A DNA stretch of 64,000 nt from Nitrospiraceae bacterium. GTDB lineage: Bacteria > Nitrospirota > Nitrospiria > Nitrospirales > Nitrospiraceae. The translations under genes were made by a program, and so were the position numbers. How positions within the stretch are numbered: position 1 is the stretch's first letter; each line of letters opens with the position of its first letter. The notes below the pieces were generated by a model. That model saw nothing but the letters and a program-made list of their open reading frames with translations. It was not told where the DNA came from and did no database searches. The DNA is taken from NCBI GenBank assembly GCA_050246315.1, contig JBFWWG010000015.1, forward strand, positions 30,778 through 94,777. Direction: 5' to 3'. Below, in pieces: positions 58,559 to 64,000 of the stretch.

Positions 58559-60616
58559 ATGGTCGCCCCGATGCCGCAAGACGAGGAACAACGCCTTCAG
58601 GCGTTGAATCGGTGCGGGATCCTCGATACGAAGCCGGAGCCGGCCTTTGCTGATCTGGTACGACTGGCCACTCAAATCTGCGGGACGCCGATCGCGTTGA
58701 TCAGCCTGCTCGATCCTTATCGACAGTGGTTCAAGGCCAAGAAGGGCTTCTCTGCCTGCGAGATCTCACGTGACGTCGCCTTCTGCGCCCATACGATCCT
58801 GGAACGAGGGCTATTGATCGTATCGGATACGCTGGCGGACGAGCGTTTCGCGGATAATCCGCTGGTGACGGGCGATCCGAGGATCCGATTTTACGCCGGA
58901 ACGCCTCTGGTGACCGGGGATGGTTGTGCCTTGGGCACCCTCTGTGTCCTCGATCTGACGCCCAGGCAACTGTCTGGCGAGCAAGAGGCGGCCTTGGCGG
59001 CGTTGGGCCGGCAGGTGATGAATCAAATGGAACTCCGCCTAAGGAATCAGGGATTGAGTCGCAGCATCGCCGCCGAACGATCGGCTGTGGCGGCACAGGC
59101 TTGGCTGCGCTTTGCGATCGATCACAGCCTTGAGGGTGTCGCGTTACTGGATCGAGAGGGCCGCTTGGCCTATCTCAACCAAGCCTTTGCGACTATGTAC
59201 GGGTTTGACGTGGGTGAATTGATGGGGAGGCCTTGGTAGACCTTGTTTTCACCGGCCTGGGTGGCCATGGTTGAACAAACCCTGCTCCCGGTTCTCTGCC
59301 AACGCCGAACCGGGCAGGGTGAAGTCATGGGGGAGCGGAAGTCCCAAGAGGCGATCGCGCTCGACTGTTCCCTGTCGCTTTTGTCGGACGAAAATCAGGA
59401 GGTCTGGCTGCTCTGGACCAGTCGCGACATCACCGAGCGAAAGCGCGCTGTTGAGGCGATCAATCGGGCGCAGCATGAGCTGCTAGATCATCAGCGGAAT
59501 TTGAACGACGCGCAACGGTTGGCGCATTTAGGCAGTTGGGAATGGGAGACCGAGATGGGCACGGTCCTCTGGTCGGAGGAGCAATATCGCATTTTCGAGT
59601 ATGAATTGGGGGCCATCGTCTCGTCCTATGAGGTATTCATCGCGGTGCTCCATGAGGATGATAGGGATCGTGTGGAGGCGGCCATTCAGCGGACGGTCAG
59701 GGAGGATGCTCCGTACGATCTCACGTGTCGCATAGGAGGCGCGGGCGGCGCCGACCGGTTTATCCATTGTCGAGGGACCGTGATCCGCGGCCGGGACGGG
59801 CGTCCGTTGAAAATGGTCGGCACCACGTTGGACGTTACGGAGCGGGTGAAGGCGGAAGAGGTCTTGCGGATGAGCGAGGAGCGGTTTCATCTGGCCGTGA
59901 CGGGATCAAGCGATGGCATCTGGGATTGGAACGTGGTGACGAATAAGGTCCATTACTCGTCCCGCTTCAAGGAACTGCTGAGCCATGCGGACCATGACGT
60001 CGTCCCTCTGTTCGACAGCTTTACGAGCTGGGCGCACCCGGACGACCGGGACCGAGCGCTCAACGCCGTGTACGATCACCTTCACGGAGAAGTGCCGCTG
60101 GATGTGGAGGTTCGGTTGCAAAAGAAGTCGGGAGGCTATGGCTGGTTTCGGATCAGAGGACAGGCCATTTGGGACGAGGCCGGCAAGCCGGTGCGCCTGG
60201 CGGGCTCGTTGAGCGACATTCACAAGGCCAAGAGTGTCGAGGCAGATCTGGCCAAGGCGGCCGTGGAGCTGGAGCGGCAGAACGCGCAACTGTTGGAGGT
60301 GAGAGATCAGGCTTTGGCGGCCACGCAGGCCAAGAGCGACTTCCTGGCCGCCATGAGCCACGAAATCCGAACCCCCATGAATGCGATCATCGGCATGGCC
60401 GATCTTCTCACGGAGAGCGTGCTGACTCAGGACCAGCAAGCCTATGTACGGCGGCTGTCCCGCGCGGCCTCTGGCCTGCTGGACCTGATCAATGACATTC
60501 TCGATCTGTCAAAAAGCGAGTCGGGGTACTTGGAGTTGGAAACCATTTCCTTCGACCTGTCGGAGCTGGTTGAGACGACGGTTGGTATCTTGGCCGTGCG
60601 CGCCTCCGAAAGATGA
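58559..60616 (+). pseudogene. GAF-PAS(x3)-HisKA hybrid kinase, interrupted and truncated
   Basis: GAF (FCAHTI, FYAGTPL), PAS repeats, MSHEIRTPMN; in-frame TAG at 59237; no HATPase domain. Confidence 0.85.
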
Positions 60617-60926
60617 GCGCATCATCGTGCGCATCGACCGAGACTTTGCGCCGATGATTCCGAGATTCATGGAGAACCGCCGCAAAGAGTTGGTCTCGAT
60701 GTGTGAGGCGGCTTCCATGGGCGAGTACGAAACCGTGAGAAAACTGGCTCACGGCATCAAGGGCGCGGGCGGAAGCTATGGATTCGACGAGTTGACGGCC
60801 TTGGCCGCGGCTCTCGATCAAGCGGCGAAGGCCGGTCATGGAGCGGCAGTCGGCGAGGGCCTTGCCGCGATTGAACGGTATTTGACGGCGATCGATGTGC
60901 AATACGTCACGCCTGAGGAGGGTTGA
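60602..60926 (+). pseudogene. Hpt domain remnant of the hybrid kinase
   Basis: LAHGIKGAGGSYGF; begins out of frame right after the HisKA segment. Confidence 0.75.
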
Positions 60927-61344
60927 TGACGGCACCGGAGACGCCGAGCCCGACGCCGGAGGAGGCCATCAAACCGCTGTTGCTGATGGCGGAGGATGAG
61001 GAGGATACGGCGAGTCTGCTCCAGTTCTTGCTGGAGCGGGCCGGCTATGTGGTCCAGCATGCGAGAGACGGGATGGAAGCGCAGGGACTGGTGGATATGC
61101 ACGACCATCTCGATTTGATCCTGCTCGACATCAACTTGCCCTTTATCAATGGGCTGGATGTCCTCAACCATATCAGGAAGAATCCGAGGTAGGAGCAGGT
61201 CCCGTCATCATGTTGATCGCGGACGGCTCCGAGTAGGACGTGCGGCAGGCGCTCCGCACCGGTGCCAACGATTATATTCTCAAGCCCTTCAATCCCCGCG
61301 AATTGACCGCCCGCCTAGATCGATTTCGCAGGTTCATCGTCTAG
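60923..61344 (+). pseudogene. single-domain response regulator, two stops and a frameshift
   Basis: MAEDE, ILLDINLP; after the frameshift VIML..GANDYILKPFNP. Confidence 0.85.
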
Positions 61345-61486
61345 CCCGTATTCTTCGATGAATTCTACGGCAACCGCCGTACGACCCGTTGCGGGTTGCA
61401 TGAGGCAACGGGCCGTACGGACAATGGGGCTATCGCGTGGCATCTCCGCGGTTTTGTCACGAATTCTCGTGAATTAGGCGGGCTAG
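61341..61486. mobile_element. MITE with CTAG ends
   Basis: CTAGCCCG..GAATTC / GAATTC..GAATTAGGCGGGCTAG inverted ends. Confidence 0.55.
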
Positions 61487-62632
61487 TGTTCTGTATCAGA
61501 TATAACTTGACGATATGAGCACAGTGGTGCACAGGTTTGTGCATGTGGGACAGCGCTCCACGAATGCCCAGACACCCGAAACAAGCCGGTACGTTGCGAC
61601 GATGGGTTCGAACCCACTACCGCTCCGCTGAGCATCGTGATGCGGTGCCGCATCATTTTGATGGTAGCCGAGGGGCTGTCCAATAACCAACCAGATTGCC
61701 AAGCGGTTGGGCGTGAGTCGGCCCACTGTCATTCTGTGACGTGAGCACTTTGCCCAAGCCGACCCCGCCCGTGTTGACGGAAGGGCACACGGGCCGAGGA
61801 CGCCGGCCTCGATTTCGTGGAAGATGGTGCAGCAGATTACCGCGGCGACGGTGCACACCCAGCCGAAGGGGCGACGCATTGGAGTTGCCGCACGATTGCC
61901 AAGTAGCACGGTGTCAGCGCCGCCATGGTCCAGCGCATCTGGGAGGCGCACGGTCTGCAGCCGCACCGAGTCCGGCCCTTTAAGCTGTCGCGTGATCTGA
62001 AGTTCTTGCAGAGGCTGACGGACGTGATGGGCTTGTATGTGAACCTGCCGAATAAGGCCTTGCTCCTCTGCGTGGATGAGAAGAGACCAATCCAGGCACT
62101 GGACCAATGCCAGTCGGGCTTGCCTATGAATCCCGGGCGGTGCGGCACGATGACGCATGACGACGAGCGCCAGGGCACTACTACGTCGTTGGCCGCGCTA
62201 AATGTTCTGAACGGCACGATCATGGCCGACTGTATGCTGCGTCAACGCCACCAGGAGCTCTTGAGGTTTCTTCTGAAGCTGGACTGAGAATGCCCCGCCT
62301 CCCTGGACCGGCAACTCATCCTGGACAATGGATGATGGTACCCATAAACATCACACCGTCACGCAACGGTTGGCCAATCTGCCGCGCTTCCGCCTGCACG
62401 TCATTCCCACCAGTACCTCGTAGTTGAGCCTGATCGAATGGTGGTTCGTCACACTGACCATCAAGCAGTTCCGTCGAGGTAGCTTTCGGAGCATTCCAGA
62501 CCTGATTGAGGCGATCAAGGCATTCGTACAGACCCATAACAAAGATCCAAAGCCTTTTATCTGGACGGCTTCGGTCGAATCCATCATGGACAAAATCAAT
62601 CATTGTAAATCCATTTATGAGATATGACACTA
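61484..62632 (+). mobile_element. IS630-family element, transposase pseudogene
   Basis: VQRIWEAHGLQPHR, LCVDEK, R.GTT.L.AAL, ILDN, KPFIWT; TAGTGT..ACACTA ends; stops and frameshifts. Confidence 0.9.
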
Positions 62633-64000
62633 GGGGATGGTCGAGTCGTATACTTGACCGTCGTCGATCGCTGTCGACCCCTTTTGCAGGCTATGAGGGA
62701 CGCTTACCTTGACTGCACCCGTGCAGAACCCGCCCTGACCATCGTCGGCCCGGAAGGAAACCTGATAGACCCGACCATCACCATTCCCCGCTCGTTCAGC
62801 TCGTACTGACGCTGAGCCGGCCTGGATCACTGCATCGGGACTCATGTTGCCCTCGCCTTTGGCGTTGACTGGCTCATCCTGTGTGATACCGATGATCGTG
62901 ATGGTCACCGGATTGCCATCTGGATCGGTTACACCATGCACGGCGATCGAGAGAAACTGGTGATTGGGCGACCACAGGATGTTAGGGACGGCCTGCGCGG
63001 CGCTGCAGGACGGAGAAGTATTGGTGGTGATCTTTGCCACGAAGATATCGGTGTGGCCGGCCAGGGTATTCTGAATGAGACTGCCAACCGTGCCCGGGAA
63101 GCCAGATCCCGGCGTGCCGGTGGTCCCGGTCACGTAGGCGTTGCCCAACGGGTCCACGGCGATCCCCTCGCCGTCATCGTCGCCACTGCCGCCTAGATAG
63201 GTTGAATAGACAAGCGCCGTGCCCGCTGCATTCAGCTTCGTAACGTAGGCATCGAAAAAGCCGCCGAATGTGCTCTGGATGGAGCTATCCGCCGTACCCG
63301 GGAACCCGGACCCCGGTGTGCTGGTAATTCCGGTCACGTACGCATTGCCGGCTTGATCCACGGCAATCCCATTGCCGCCGTCATTGCCACTCCCACCGAG
63401 ATAGGTCGAATAGACGAGTGCTGTCCCGGGTGCATTGAGCTTGGTAACGTAGCCGTCGACAGCACCGCCAGCAAAGCTGCCCTGAATGGGACTGCCTGCC
63501 GTCCCGGGAAATCCAGACCCCGGCGTATCAGTAGACCCGGTCACATAGGCCTGGCCGGCCTGGTCGACGACGATTGCTCTGCCGTCGTCATAGCCACTGC
63601 CGCCCAGATAGGTCGCATAGACGAGCGCCGTGCCGGTCGCATTGAGCTTCGCGACGAACGCATCCGCGTCACCACCGCCGAAAGCGCTCTGGATCGAGCT
63701 ACTGGCTGTTCCTGGAAAACCAAACGAGCTGGTATTGCCTGTCACGTAGGCGTGCCCTCCACTGTCCACGGCGATCCCGAAGCCGCTATCGTCGCGACTG
63801 CCGCCCAGATAGGTGGAATAGACGAGCGCCGTACCGGCCGCATTGAGCTTCGCGACGAAGGCGTCGAAAAAGCCGCCACCCTTTGTGCTCAGGATGGAGC
63901 TATGCGCCGCACCCGGACAACCTAACGAGCTGGTATTGCCTGTCACGTAGGCGTGCCCTCCACTGTCCACGGCGAGCCCGGTGCCCCCATCTAGCTCTTG
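62630..64000 (-). CDS. SBBP beta-propeller repeat surface protein (5'-truncated by window)
   Basis: Repeats GIAVD..G.AYVTG.T....DAFVAKLNA.GTALVYSTYLGG; C-terminal LWSPNH..RAER.G.GDGRVY domain. Confidence 0.9.
   Translation of the reverse strand, partial: QELDGGTGLAVDSGGHAYVTGNTSSLGCPGAAHSSILSTKGGGFFDAFVAKLNAAGTALVYSTYLGGSRDDSGFGIAVDSGGHAYVTGNTSSFGFPGTASSSIQSAFGGGDADAFVAKLNATGTALVYATYLGGSGYDDGRAIVVDQAGQAYVTGSTDTPGSGFPGTAGSPIQGSFAGGAVDGYVTKLNAPGTALVYSTYLGGSGNDGGNGIAVDQAGNAYVTGITSTPGSGFPGTADSSIQSTFGGFFDAYVTKLNAAGTALVYSTYLGGSGDDDGEGIAVDPLGNAYVTGTTGTPGSGFPGTVGSLIQNTLAGHTDIFVAKITTNTSPSCSAAQAVPNILWSPNHQFLSIAVHGVTDPDGNPVTITIIGITQDEPVNAKGEGNMSPDAVIQAGSASVRAERAGNGDGRVYQVSFRADDGQGGFCTGAVKVSVPHSLQKGSTAIDDGQVYDSTIP

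Noticed and set aside
59237..62423. Several in-frame TAG codons as amber recoding or pyrrolysine
   Set aside because: They occur in genes that also have frameshifts or deletions, fit TGG/CAG-to-TAG mutations, TAG ends many normal genes here, and no pyl genes are seen
62630..64000. DNA-level repeats as a DGR template/variable pair
   Set aside because: Explained by SBBP protein repeats; no reverse transcriptase in the window

Overview
GC-rich bacterial chromosomal window, inferred to be Nitrospira/Nitrospirota from gene content. In order: MEP/hopanoid genes (partial dxs, ispG, hpnH; hpnR later); tRNA-Cys followed by ~90-nt repeats; a low-coding stretch with DnaA-box-like sites; a dead ISL3 carrying an IS5-type MITE; an 11.4-kb respiratory operon (two bd-like oxidase subunits, PRC-Rieske, cytochrome b, five c-type cytochromes, a DMSO-reductase type II heme-b/NxrC-like subunit); ubiA; a caspase-fold lipoprotein lacking its catalytic dyad; tRNA-Thr with the same repeats; an accessory stretch with broken toxin-antitoxin genes, patatin and a fluoride-riboswitch-controlled cation:proton antiporter; a divergent locus with a secreted 11-aa-repeat peptide opposite a sigma-like/zinc-finger fusion and a membrane anti-sigma-like partner; a glucosylglycerate-type cluster; the UBact-proteasome operon; tal; sthA; DUF1800/DUF1501; a decayed two-component locus; an IS630 remnant; and a partial SBBP-repeat gene. 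Best novelty candidates: the rearranged ECF-like system with its repeat peptide (29.5-32.4 kb), the covarying structured repeat abutting both tRNAs and sitting inside a MITE, and the fluoride-riboswitch/antiporter unit. All calls are by eye; no searches were run.
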